64,000 bases of DNA, taken from contig PCCY01000007.1 of assembly GCA_002731875.1 (NCBI GenBank), positions 22,637-86,636 of the forward strand, written 5' to 3'. The notes beneath the pieces are model-generated. The model was not told where the DNA came from. It saw nothing but the letters and a program-made list of their open reading frames with translations, and searched no databases. Origin of the DNA: Roseobacter sp. (GTDB lineage Bacteria > Pseudomonadota > Alphaproteobacteria > Rhodobacterales > Rhodobacteraceae). Position 1 is the stretch's first letter; each line of letters opens with the position of its first letter. The position numbers and the translations under genes were made by a program. This document shows positions 28,445 to 37,725 of this stretch, piece after piece.

Positions 28445-29602
28445 ATGATGGATAAGACAGAAACGGTTGTTTCGAACAGCTCGAGCCAATCCACACAGGC
28501 GCGCATACCAACCCACGTGCTGGATTTCATGCGCGGGTTTGCAGCAGTCTATGTAGTTGTGAATCACGTCAGAGGCAACTTTTTCAAAGGAGGCGGTCGC
28601 ACAATAGCGGAGTCTGCCGATCCGCTTGGCCTGTACGATTATGTGTCTATATCGCTACTGCAGGCGACCGCCCTTGGCACTGAATTTGTCATCTTGTTCT
28701 TCTGCGTCAGCGGTTTTGCAATGGCGCATTCGATACTGTACACTTCGTCGCCACTCCAGTTTTTTAAACGACGTCTGATACGCATCTGGCCACCCTATCT
28801 GGTCGCAATCGCGCTCGCTGCTTTCGTCTGTGTCCTGTATACGATGTACGATCCGGACGGTAACATCACTCAGAGATGCACGGGGCGTCTCTGCACGGCC
28901 GAGGGTCTGTTTCTGATGGCGACCTATGTAGAGGTCGCTACGCCCATTACGGCACAGTTCTGGTCGCTGCCCTATGAAGTCATCTTCTATCTTCTATGCC
29001 CTCTGCTGCTTTGGTACCGAGCGGCAATTCCTGCGGTCTTCGGCGCGTCGGTGTTGCTTTCAATCATCGGCGTCGTGTTTTGGGGGGTAGAATCAAACCC
29101 GTCCTCCTCGGTTCTGGTAAACTTTGCGATCAATGCAGCGTTTTGGTTTATGTCCGGTGTCGTCGCGTATCATTACATCGAACGGGTGCCGGTCTTGCAG
29201 GTGCGCACCTTCGTGATGGTTGCCTTGGGGTTGCTGGGGCTCATAGTGGTCGTGAAAACATTCTACGGCGCGCCCAATGCAGTGTCTAATTCGCTAATGA
29301 TACTTTTCAGTGTCCTGTGCATCCGAAACCTTCCACATGCGTGGACATCGAACCCGCGCTGGAACTGGGGATACTTCAGCTATTCCATTTATATCTTTCA
29401 TGTGGCATTCATCTTTTTGATCGCGTTGATCCTCGAACAGCAGTTCAACATACGTGCTCAGGATATCGAAAGTTATTGGGCCTGGATCCTTTTCCTGCCT
29501 GTAATACTTGCCGCCTGCTGGGGTATGTATTTCTTGGGTGAAAAACAATGCAACGAACTGTTGAGGCGGATGTCAAAATCACGTCAGAAAGCTCCTGTAT
29601 GA
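28445..29602 (+). CDS. acyltransferase-3 family membrane O-acyltransferase
   Basis: LDFMRGFAAVYVVVNH start motif and about 10 TM helices. Confidence 0.8.
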   Translation: MMDKTETVVSNSSSQSTQARIPTHVLDFMRGFAAVYVVVNHVRGNFFKGGGRTIAESADPLGLYDYVSISLLQATALGTEFVILFFCVSGFAMAHSILYTSSPLQFFKRRLIRIWPPYLVAIALAAFVCVLYTMYDPDGNITQRCTGRLCTAEGLFLMATYVEVATPITAQFWSLPYEVIFYLLCPLLLWYRAAIPAVFGASVLLSIIGVVFWGVESNPSSSVLVNFAINAAFWFMSGVVAYHYIERVPVLQVRTFVMVALGLLGLIVVVKTFYGAPNAVSNSLMILFSVLCIRNLPHAWTSNPRWNWGYFSYSIYIFHVAFIFLIALILEQQFNIRAQDIESYWAWILFLPVILAACWGMYFLGEKQCNELLRRMSKSRQKAPV

Positions 29603-31455
29603 ACGAAGTGCCTAAACGCCTGAAGAAGCCGTTCCTTGATCTGACGCTCTGGAAACGGGGTATATCGTTGCTGGACCAACATGAGCGTCGTATGGCTTGG
29701 ATCGTTCTGGGAATTGTCATTCTGTCGGCACTCAGTGCCGCGGTGATGGTGGGATCAGTCCTGCCGTTTCTGACGGTCTTGTCTGACCCTTCGCGCATCG
29801 AAACCACATCGCAGCTCGCTTGGGCATATGAGCTGTTCGGCTTTTCATCGAAATACGCATTCATCGTTGCGCTAGGGTTGGCGACGGTCGCGATGATCGT
29901 GGTCGCCAATGCGATGCAAATGCTGCGCGTGTATGCGCTTTCTCGATTTACCATGATGCGCGTGCACAGTATCAGCCATCGCTTGCTGGCGCGATATCTG
30001 CATCAGCCCTATGAATTTTTCCTCACCGCCCATTCAAGCGACATGAGCTCTCGGATTCTCAACGAAAGCAATAATGTGGTGCAATATTTTCTGCGCCCTG
30101 CAACAGAAGTCATTTCGGCAGCGATCACCATGTCGATGGTCATCATCGTGGTCATCTGGGTCGATCCGGTGATTGCGATCTTTTCCATTCTTGTGGTGGG
30201 CGGCGTGTTCGCTGTGGCCTTGCTTGCCAGCAGCCGAAAACTGACCACCTCGGGTGAAATTCGAAAGACCTCGAACAAGGCTCGTTTCAGGGTGGCCGGG
30301 GAAGCGCTGAGCGGTATCAAGGATATCAAATTACTGGGCAGTGAACGGGTGTTCATTTCGCGTTTTGACCGACATTCGTTGAAGATGGCCCACTCGAACG
30401 TCAGCAAGAATGTATTGACCCAACTTCCACCTTATGTGGTTCAGACATTGGTTTTTTCCGGCGTCATTCTGGTTAGCTTTCTTGTACTTGATCCCAACGC
30501 CGATGATCCGACCGCAGCTATGGCAGATTTGGTCCCAACTTTGGGCGTCATGGCCCTTGCCGCGCAACGCCTGATGCCGGAACTGAGCCGCTTGTTCTCG
30601 AACGTCGGGTTGCTGCAATATGGCCGCGCCGCGGTCGATTCCGTTTACGAAGGCATGTTTGTCGGTGAGGGCGGTGTTGACGATGCCGAAACCGAGGAGC
30701 CGGCTTTACCGTTGCGCAGCGAACTGGTACTGAACGGGATAAGTTACTGTTATCCCAATACTGACGTTCCCGGTCTGGAAGGGATCACACTTCGAATTCA
30801 GGCCGGCGAACGGATCGGAATCGTCGGAACCAGCGGCGCGGGCAAAACGACGCTGGCCGATATCCTGCTGGGCCTTCTGAGACCTCAGGCAGGCGAGATT
30901 CTGGCCGACGGCATCCCCGTTACCTCGGGTCGACTTCCGGCTTGGCGGCGTTCTGTCGGGTATGTCCCCCAAGAAATCTATCTGCTTGATGCCAGCGTAT
31001 CCGAGAACATTGCTTTCGGTGTTTCACCCGGCAAAATCGACCGGGCTCGGGTCGAGAAGGCAGGGCAGCTCGCCCAGCTTGATACTTTTGTGTGCAATGA
31101 ACTGCCGCAAGGATACGATACCCCTATCGGCGAGCGTGGCTTGCGATTGTCGGGCGGACAGCGTCAACGGATCGGGATTGCCCGCGCTCTCTATCGGGAC
31201 GTCGATCTGATCGTGTTCGACGAGGCAACCTCGGCGCTCGATAATGTGACTGAAAAAGAGGTGATGGCGGCCACGGATAGGCTGCCGGGTGACAAGACGG
31301 TCGTCATAATTGCTCACCGGTTGAACACTGTACGCCGTTGCGATCGTATTCTGGTATTGGACAAGGGCCAAGTTGCTGGCTTTGATACCTGGGAAAAGCT
31401 TAGTGCGGGAAATCCGGTGTTTGAAGCGCTGGTGAAACTGGACCCCGAATTCTAA
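29599..31455 (+). CDS. fused TMD-NBD ABC exporter (MsbA/PglK-like half transporter)
   Basis: Six N-terminal TM helices. Walker A GTSGAGKTT, signature LSGGQRQR, Walker B LIVFDEATSALD. ATG overlaps the upstream stop. Confidence 0.9.
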   Translation: MNEVPKRLKKPFLDLTLWKRGISLLDQHERRMAWIVLGIVILSALSAAVMVGSVLPFLTVLSDPSRIETTSQLAWAYELFGFSSKYAFIVALGLATVAMIVVANAMQMLRVYALSRFTMMRVHSISHRLLARYLHQPYEFFLTAHSSDMSSRILNESNNVVQYFLRPATEVISAAITMSMVIIVVIWVDPVIAIFSILVVGGVFAVALLASSRKLTTSGEIRKTSNKARFRVAGEALSGIKDIKLLGSERVFISRFDRHSLKMAHSNVSKNVLTQLPPYVVQTLVFSGVILVSFLVLDPNADDPTAAMADLVPTLGVMALAAQRLMPELSRLFSNVGLLQYGRAAVDSVYEGMFVGEGGVDDAETEEPALPLRSELVLNGISYCYPNTDVPGLEGITLRIQAGERIGIVGTSGAGKTTLADILLGLLRPQAGEILADGIPVTSGRLPAWRRSVGYVPQEIYLLDASVSENIAFGVSPGKIDRARVEKAGQLAQLDTFVCNELPQGYDTPIGERGLRLSGGQRQRIGIARALYRDVDLIVFDEATSALDNVTEKEVMAATDRLPGDKTVVIIAHRLNTVRRCDRILVLDKGQVAGFDTWEKLSAGNPVFEALVKLDPEF

Positions 31456-31518
31456 AGTGCTGATCAATTGAGGTAAGCGACATTGGAACAGCTGAAAGCA
31501 GCCAATAAAGAACGCAAA

Positions 31519-32718
31519 ATGCGAATTCTTTTGATTATGCGCGATCCTCCTGACACGGCGGTCAGCAAGGGTGGATTATTTCCTACCGCAATCCGACATC
31601 ATGTCGATTTGGGGTTTGATGTTTATGTTGCGTCTATTTCCAAGATGACGCGCTACAACAAAGAAATTGTCCGGTCTTTGGGTGCGAAACCAGCCATTCC
31701 ACCAGCTACGTTGTCGTCGCTTTTGAGCGGACTGAATTTGCGACCAAGACAAGGAGCAAAGCGCCCAAAAGGCCCTAACCTTGTGAGTGAAAACAGTGTC
31801 TCCTGGATTGCAAAAGAAATCCGTCCCGAAGTCGTGACAGGCATACAAAGCTTCCAAACCGGGATCATCGCTCAAAAGATCGCACAGTTTATTGGCGTGG
31901 AATATGTGACATGGGAACATGTATCGACGTATGGGAGAGGAGCCTTTTTACCGGTTTCAGATGAAACTTTCATTGAATTTCTGAGGAATGCGCATGCTGT
32001 TCTGTCAGTATCATCCAGTTTGAATGAAGCTATATCCCAGCGATTTTCAATTTCTTTAAGTAACTCGAGCGTGCTTCCCAACCCGGTTCCATCGAATTTT
32101 ACTCAGCGTCCCCAGTCGCCGGTACCTGATTGGTTGAACAGCATTCCAAGCCGCGATTTTGTTTTCGCGTCGTGGACGACTTGGAGAGACATCAAACGAC
32201 TTGACCTTTTGCTTGAGGCATTTGCCAAGGTGCACCGACAAAGGCCTGACGTGAAAATGATAGTGGCGGGGCCATTCAAGGAAAAATCGGCAGAGATCAT
32301 GAGCGGCTTTCTCCGCCGGCATCCCGATATAACGGAGTCTGTTATCGTGACTGGCAGGATAGACCGCGCGGCTATACGACACTTGGCGGAGGCAGCGGAC
32401 TGCTGCGTCATTTCAAGCGATACCGAAACTTTCGGGCTTCCGATGGTTGAGGCACTTTCTGTCGGCACACCGGTGGTTTCGACAAGATGCGGAGGTCCAG
32501 AAGATATTTTAACTAATTCCCGCTTGGGAGAATTGTGTGATAAAGATAATCCCGACGCGCTATCTACTGCGATGCTTCGCGTGATGGGCACATATGCTAC
32601 TTATCAACCTGACGAAATTTCGCGTATTGCCGATGGGTTGTTTGGTGATGTAGCTATCAAGAAAAAATGGGCGGCTGTCTACAGCAACGTCCTGCCTGGC
32701 ACCGGTAGCAAATCATGA
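31519..32718 (+). CDS. GT4-family glycosyltransferase
   Basis: ETFGLPMVEALSVGTPVVSTRCGGPEDI C-terminal motif. ATG 31519 (MRILLIM) preferred over TTG 31483. Confidence 0.75.
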   Translation: MRILLIMRDPPDTAVSKGGLFPTAIRHHVDLGFDVYVASISKMTRYNKEIVRSLGAKPAIPPATLSSLLSGLNLRPRQGAKRPKGPNLVSENSVSWIAKEIRPEVVTGIQSFQTGIIAQKIAQFIGVEYVTWEHVSTYGRGAFLPVSDETFIEFLRNAHAVLSVSSSLNEAISQRFSISLSNSSVLPNPVPSNFTQRPQSPVPDWLNSIPSRDFVFASWTTWRDIKRLDLLLEAFAKVHRQRPDVKMIVAGPFKEKSAEIMSGFLRRHPDITESVIVTGRIDRAAIRHLAEAADCCVISSDTETFGLPMVEALSVGTPVVSTRCGGPEDILTNSRLGELCDKDNPDALSTAMLRVMGTYATYQPDEISRIADGLFGDVAIKKKWAAVYSNVLPGTGSKS

Positions 32719-33485
32719 ACAAAGTCAACTTCAGCCAAACGACAGCCTCTTGGCCCGTGGTAGTAATGGGCATGCACAAGTCCGGTACGACCTTGATTGC
32801 AGATACCTTGCACCGCAGCGGTATCGAGATGGTCGGAGCAGACGCCGGCGGCGGTTATGACGATGGCAACAAGATGGAGCGCGCAGAAACCCGGGCGCTG
32901 AACATGGCTCTGCTAGGCGATACCGGAACTGAAAGCTTGCGGCTGATCCGCCCTCTCGCTCCGAGTGCCGCAAAAGCGTTGCATCTGGAACAAGCGCAGG
33001 AACTTCTTGCCGGGATGCGATCGCGGAGTTGGGGTTTTAAGGACCCCCGTACACTGCTTACCTTCGGTTTCTGGGAGCAGGTTTTGGAAACCCCGATCCT
33101 GGTTGGCATTGTCCGGGACCCGGTCGAGGTATTTGGCCATTACCTGCGGCGAGCCGACCGCAAATGGATCAACCGCGACCCTACTTTTCTGCCCGATGCG
33201 CTTCGCGCCTGGTGCGTCTATAACCAGCACCTGTTAGATGTGAAACGCAAACATCCGCGTATGTTATTACTGAACTATGCCGACTTCATGACAACGGATG
33301 CCGGCATGCAGCGTCTATCAACATATGTAGGACGCGAACTGGTCGATTGCCGTAAGCCCGCGATGCGTCGGGCACAGGCGAAACCGACAGCCGATTATCA
33401 TCTGGCGCGGCTGATCGTGCGCCTGCGTGACGGGTTGAACCCCGACCGAATTTACGCGCAATTAATGAAAGACGTTTCAAAGTGA
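32715..33485 (+). CDS. sulfotransferase-family protein (PAPS-dependent)
   Basis: 5'-PSB-like VVVMGMHKSGTTL and 3'-PB-like VGIVRDPVEV. 4-nt overlap with both neighbours. Confidence 0.65.
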   Translation: MNKVNFSQTTASWPVVVMGMHKSGTTLIADTLHRSGIEMVGADAGGGYDDGNKMERAETRALNMALLGDTGTESLRLIRPLAPSAAKALHLEQAQELLAGMRSRSWGFKDPRTLLTFGFWEQVLETPILVGIVRDPVEVFGHYLRRADRKWINRDPTFLPDALRAWCVYNQHLLDVKRKHPRMLLLNYADFMTTDAGMQRLSTYVGRELVDCRKPAMRRAQAKPTADYHLARLIVRLRDGLNPDRIYAQLMKDVSK

Positions 33486-34273
33486 GCCTCGAAAAGTCAG
33501 ATACACCCGACGGACCTCCGCAGCCCTTGCTGAAATCGGGTGTGGTCTTCGTCGCTACGGGCGCAAAATATATCGCCTGCGCCGAAGCGGCCGCCCGATC
33601 TGTACGCCGTCATATGCCCGAGGTCCCGATCGCCCTGTTCACCAACGCCGGGCAACTTGGCGTCACGCTGAGCGAAGTGTTCGATCCGGTTATCGAACTC
33701 GAATCCGTTCATCACCGGTCCAAGGTCGATTGCCTGATGAACTCGCCCTTTGAAAAAACGCTGTTCCTTGATGCCGACATACGGGTGCTCGAGGATGTCA
33801 CTGAATTGTTCGATCTGCTTGAAAGGTTCGATATGGCGATGGCGCATGCCCACGCCCGCAACCGCGACGCGACGCGGGCTGTTTGGACGAAGGCGCTACC
33901 AGATTCCTTTCCTCAGCTCAACACTGGTGTTGTTGCCGTACGACGGAATGCAAAGACGCAAGCGCTTTTGCAAGATTGGTCAGACAGCTACAAGACAGCA
34001 GGTTTCCGCAAGGACCAGGTCACCCTGCGAGAGCTTCTGTGGGCTTCGGATTTGCGTCTTGCTACGCTTCCACCGGAATACAATATTCGGTATCCGAAAA
34101 ATTTGTGGCTTTGGAGCAAACGAGAAGCCCGGCCCCGAATCTGCCATTTCCGTCGGTATTCGTTCACGAAACGAAGCGACTGGCTGATGTTTCTGGGAAA
34201 GCGGATAGTGGGGTGGCCAAGGCGCACCGCCGCGCGATTGGTTCGGCCTCAGCGCAACGGGGATATCTCGTGA
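33482..34273 (+). CDS. GT-A fold (GT8-like, DxD) nucleotide-sugar transferase, tentative
   Basis: GTG start. VVFVATGAKY..., LFLDADIRVLED (DxD), FPQLNTGVVAV resemble GT8/glycogenin-like enzymes. Confidence 0.5.
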   Translation: MSLEKSDTPDGPPQPLLKSGVVFVATGAKYIACAEAAARSVRRHMPEVPIALFTNAGQLGVTLSEVFDPVIELESVHHRSKVDCLMNSPFEKTLFLDADIRVLEDVTELFDLLERFDMAMAHAHARNRDATRAVWTKALPDSFPQLNTGVVAVRRNAKTQALLQDWSDSYKTAGFRKDQVTLRELLWASDLRLATLPPEYNIRYPKNLWLWSKREARPRICHFRRYSFTKRSDWLMFLGKRIVGWPRRTAARLVRPQRNGDIS

Positions 34274-35430
34274 CCGACGCCCGGCACAGCGTTTGCCTGT
34301 TTATCGGGACCCTCAAGGCTGGGGGTGCCGAACGTGTCACCGTTTGGCTGGCCAGCGAATTGCATCGTCGGGGACATGACGTTGTAGTGCTCACGCACTC
34401 CGCCCCCGATGCTGACTTTTTCACACTGCCGGACGGGATCAACCGCGAAACCGTCGGGTTCGACGAAGGACGCGACACCCTGCCTGGCAAGTTGCTTGTG
34501 AACATACGGCGTTGTTTGCAGGTGCGTCGTGTTTTGCGGCGGCACCGGATCACTGCAATGGTGGCGATGATGCCGCATGAGTCGGTGATGGCGGTTGTTT
34601 CCTCTTTTGGCCGCCGGATGCGGGTAGTTGTTTCCGAACGCAACGCCCCGTGGCATCGTGAGCAGGACAAGATTTGGACTGCGCTGCGCCGCATTGTATA
34701 TCGATTTTCCGATGCACAGGTCGCCCAAACGCAGCCGATTGCCGATTGGATGCGTCGGGAAACCGGTAGCCGAAGCGTTGCCATCATCCCCAATGCGGTG
34801 CAGCCAAGCCTGCCGTCAGGGCCGCCGGTGGTTCGGCCGCAATCGTTTATACGGCCCGGGCGCAAGCTTTTGCTGGCTGTTGGTACCAAACCTTATCAAA
34901 AGGGGTTCGACTTGCTGATCGCGGCCTTTGCGCAGATTGCAAACGACTACCCGGAATGGGACCTAGCCATTCCTGGACTGCTGCCAAGCCGGCAAGAACA
35001 GGGGATTTCCGGACAGGATATTCTGGATACCGCCGCCAGGTCGGGGTTGACCGAAAGAGTGTTTCTGCCCGGCCATATTGGCAACATGCCCGACTGGTAC
35101 GCAGCAGCCGATGTGTTCGTGCTCAGTTCTCGGTTCGAAGGTTTTCCGAACGTGCTGGTCGAGGCGATGGGAGCGGGCAAAGCGTGCGTAGCATTTACCT
35201 GCGATACTGGCCCAGAAGAGATAATTCAACACAACGTCGACGGGTTTCTCGTCCGTGACCACACTGTCGATTCGCTGGCTGCCTCCCTGGATAAAGTTAT
35301 GCGCAGTACGGAGCTTCGTTCACGACTTGCGGCAGCGGCGCCGGGCGTAATGCAGCGATATGCTCCGGATACGGTCCTGAACGCCTGGTGCCGTGTTCTG
35401 GGATTGCCAGAAGAGCAGAAGACGCGATGA
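34270..35430 (+). CDS. GT4-family glycosyltransferase
   Basis: GTG start overlapping the upstream stop. FIGTLKAGGAERV N-terminus and EGFPNVLVEAMGAGKACV C-terminal motif. Confidence 0.8.
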   Translation: MTDARHSVCLFIGTLKAGGAERVTVWLASELHRRGHDVVVLTHSAPDADFFTLPDGINRETVGFDEGRDTLPGKLLVNIRRCLQVRRVLRRHRITAMVAMMPHESVMAVVSSFGRRMRVVVSERNAPWHREQDKIWTALRRIVYRFSDAQVAQTQPIADWMRRETGSRSVAIIPNAVQPSLPSGPPVVRPQSFIRPGRKLLLAVGTKPYQKGFDLLIAAFAQIANDYPEWDLAIPGLLPSRQEQGISGQDILDTAARSGLTERVFLPGHIGNMPDWYAAADVFVLSSRFEGFPNVLVEAMGAGKACVAFTCDTGPEEIIQHNVDGFLVRDHTVDSLAASLDKVMRSTELRSRLAAAAPGVMQRYAPDTVLNAWCRVLGLPEEQKTR

Positions 35431-36383
35431 GCGGCGGAGAAATCGTTATATCGCTGGATTTCGAGCTGCTTTGGGGGGTCCGGGATCACGCTACGCGCGA
35501 CAGCTATGGCGCGAACATTCTGGGCGGGCGGGCGGCGATTGCGCCGACGCTCGAGCGGTTTGCTCGGCACGGCATTCAGGCAACCTGGGCGACGGTCGGC
35601 GCGGCGTTCTGCGGCTCTCGCGAGGAACTGCTCGAGGTACTCCCTCACAAAGACCTGTGGCCGCGCTACCAGAACCCAGCCTTGTCGAACTATCGCTACC
35701 TTGATGAACTGGGCGCGGACGAAGCCCACGATCCGTATTACTTCGGCGCCTCGCTGGTCGATCAGATAGCCGATTGTCCGGGACAGGAAATTGCCACGCA
35801 TACCATGTCGCATTATTACTGCCTGGAACCCGGTGCAGATATGGCAAGCTTTGCCGCCGATCTGGACGCGGCGTGTCAGGTGGCCAAACAGCGCAGCATT
35901 ACGCTTCAGTCGATAGTGTTTCCGCGCAATCAGTATTCACCATTGCATCTCGACACGATTGAACAAAGGGGTATCCGACGCTATCGGGGCAATCCCGGTG
36001 CGTGGGCCTATCGGTCGGTAGCCGGTGCCGGGCAAACGCTGCCCCGCCGTCTGATGCGATTGATCGATGCCCATACAGGTGTGCTTGGGCCGCATCTTTT
36101 CCGGCCGGGGGGCAACAACGTGCCGGCCAGCCATTTCCTGCGACCCCGCGCCGGGCGCTTGACAGCGCTGCATCCCTACCATCTGGCGGTGATAGAACGG
36201 GCGATGACGCGAGCGGCCCAGACCGAAACCGGATTTCACCTGTGGTGGCATCCGCATAATTTCGGCCTCGATACAGAAGCCAACTTGGCTGGCTTGGACC
36301 GGATCATTGCGCATTTTACCCGCTTGCGCGAAGAATACGGAATGGTGTCGCGAACAATGGCAACCAGCGGAGAGCGTCAATGA
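35427..36383 (+). CDS. polysaccharide deacetylase-like (NodB-fold) protein
   Basis: ISLDFELLWG, ATHTMSHYY (HxxxH), IVFPRNQY. ATG overlaps the upstream stop. Confidence 0.6.
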   Translation: MSGGEIVISLDFELLWGVRDHATRDSYGANILGGRAAIAPTLERFARHGIQATWATVGAAFCGSREELLEVLPHKDLWPRYQNPALSNYRYLDELGADEAHDPYYFGASLVDQIADCPGQEIATHTMSHYYCLEPGADMASFAADLDAACQVAKQRSITLQSIVFPRNQYSPLHLDTIEQRGIRRYRGNPGAWAYRSVAGAGQTLPRRLMRLIDAHTGVLGPHLFRPGGNNVPASHFLRPRAGRLTALHPYHLAVIERAMTRAAQTETGFHLWWHPHNFGLDTEANLAGLDRIIAHFTRLREEYGMVSRTMATSGERQ

Positions 36384-37147
36384 AAGTAGTCGTTCTGGCT
36401 TCGGGCGGCACGCCGACGAATATTCTGGTCAACTATCTGGATGATGCCGGCATCCCTCCTGTTGCCGTATTGATCGAACCGTCGCAGTCCCGCCGGGCAT
36501 TATTGCGGGGCCGGGCGCGGCGATTGGGCAGGCGCGCGGTTTTCGGTCAGGCGCTGTTCATGGCGCTGGTTTTACCCGTTCTCCGGCGGCGCGGTGCCAG
36601 TCGACTGAGCTACCTTCGCAAGGTCCATCGCTTGCGCGCCGATCCTTTGTTGCCGAACCGAGTGACGTCTATCCGCACCGTAAACGCGCCTGAAACGCGC
36701 GAGCTCTTGAAAAAGCTTGCTCCGGATGCGGTAGTGCTGAGCGGCACGCGCATCGTCAAACCCGACACGTTGCTGGCGGCAGGGGCCCCAGTTTTGAATA
36801 TCCATGCAGGGATAACGCCGCAATTTCGCGGGGTACATGGCGGTTATTGGGCACTGTGGTCGGGGCAACCACAGGATTTCGGAGCCACGGTGCATGTGGT
36901 TGACCACGGCGTCGATACCGGGGCAGTGCTGCAGCACGTTCGGACGGCACCGGAATCTGATGACAGTTTCGTGACGTATCCGCTTGTTCAGCTTGCCGAA
37001 GCATTGCCCGTTCTGGTCGATACCCTAACCACTCTTGATCGCGTGGGCACGCTGCCGGAACCGGTACCGACAGAAGGGCCGGGCCAGCAATGGTATCATC
37101 CGACGCTTGGTCAGTATCTGGCCGGAATACGGCGCGGGGTGCGGTGA
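36380..37147 (+). CDS. formyltransferase-fold protein
   Basis: VLNIHAGITPQFRG and GATVHVVDHGVDTGAVL correspond to the N..H...LP..RG and G.T.H..D...D.G motifs of formyl transferases. Confidence 0.6.
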   Translation: MKVVVLASGGTPTNILVNYLDDAGIPPVAVLIEPSQSRRALLRGRARRLGRRAVFGQALFMALVLPVLRRRGASRLSYLRKVHRLRADPLLPNRVTSIRTVNAPETRELLKKLAPDAVVLSGTRIVKPDTLLAAGAPVLNIHAGITPQFRGVHGGYWALWSGQPQDFGATVHVVDHGVDTGAVLQHVRTAPESDDSFVTYPLVQLAEALPVLVDTLTTLDRVGTLPEPVPTEGPGQQWYHPTLGQYLAGIRRGVR

Positions 37148-37725
37148 TGCAGCTATCGCCCACTATACGTTCCAAAGATGACTTTCGCGCGTGGCGAAAA
37201 GCCGATCTGGAGGGTGCCGGACTGTCCCGGTGGAGACTGGGGATGGGGCTGCGTTATCCTACGATACATTTCCTGCGCGTCCTCAGGCGCGTTGAATACC
37301 TCACAAACCGCCGCCAGAACTCGATCATTCGGGTCCACCGGGCGATCGTGGTGGTTTATTTCCGCCTTTTGTCGATTTACCTTGGCTTCACCATACCACC
37401 CAATACCTGCGGGCCTGGGTTGCGGCTGAACCACTGGGGCACTATCGTGATCAGCCCAGAGGCGCGCATCGGCGCGCGGGCGCGGATAAACATTTGCGTC
37501 AACCTCGGGCTGAAAGACGGGCAGGCTCCGCACCTTGGCGATGACGTCTATATCGGACCGGGGGCAAAGCTGTTCGGCGGAATCCGTCTTGGCAATGGTG
37601 TCCGGATCGGTGCAAATGCCGTCGTGAATCGCAGCTTTCCCGATAACTCCATATTGGCCGGTGTGCCTGCGCGCCTCATTGGACAAAAGACCAACAAGGA
37701 TACGCCCCCCGATGAGCCTGTTTAA
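37147..37725 (+). CDS. left-handed beta-helix (hexapeptide) O-acetyltransferase, serine-acetyltransferase-like
   Basis: IGARARINICVNLG..., GDDVYIGPGAKLFGGIRLGNGVRIGANAVV hexapeptide repeats. Confidence 0.7.
   Translation: MQLSPTIRSKDDFRAWRKADLEGAGLSRWRLGMGLRYPTIHFLRVLRRVEYLTNRRQNSIIRVHRAIVVVYFRLLSIYLGFTIPPNTCGPGLRLNHWGTIVISPEARIGARARINICVNLGLKDGQAPHLGDDVYIGPGAKLFGGIRLGNGVRIGANAVVNRSFPDNSILAGVPARLIGQKTNKDTPPDEPV

Noticed and set aside
36727-36733. Additional GCGGTAG heptamers at 36727 (inside the formyltransferase-like CDS) and 50208 (after the kinase-like gene).
   Set aside because: They show that the ops-core heptamer occurs about as often as chance predicts on this strand (about 4 in 64 kb). 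Enrichment in leaders cannot be claimed from this window alone.
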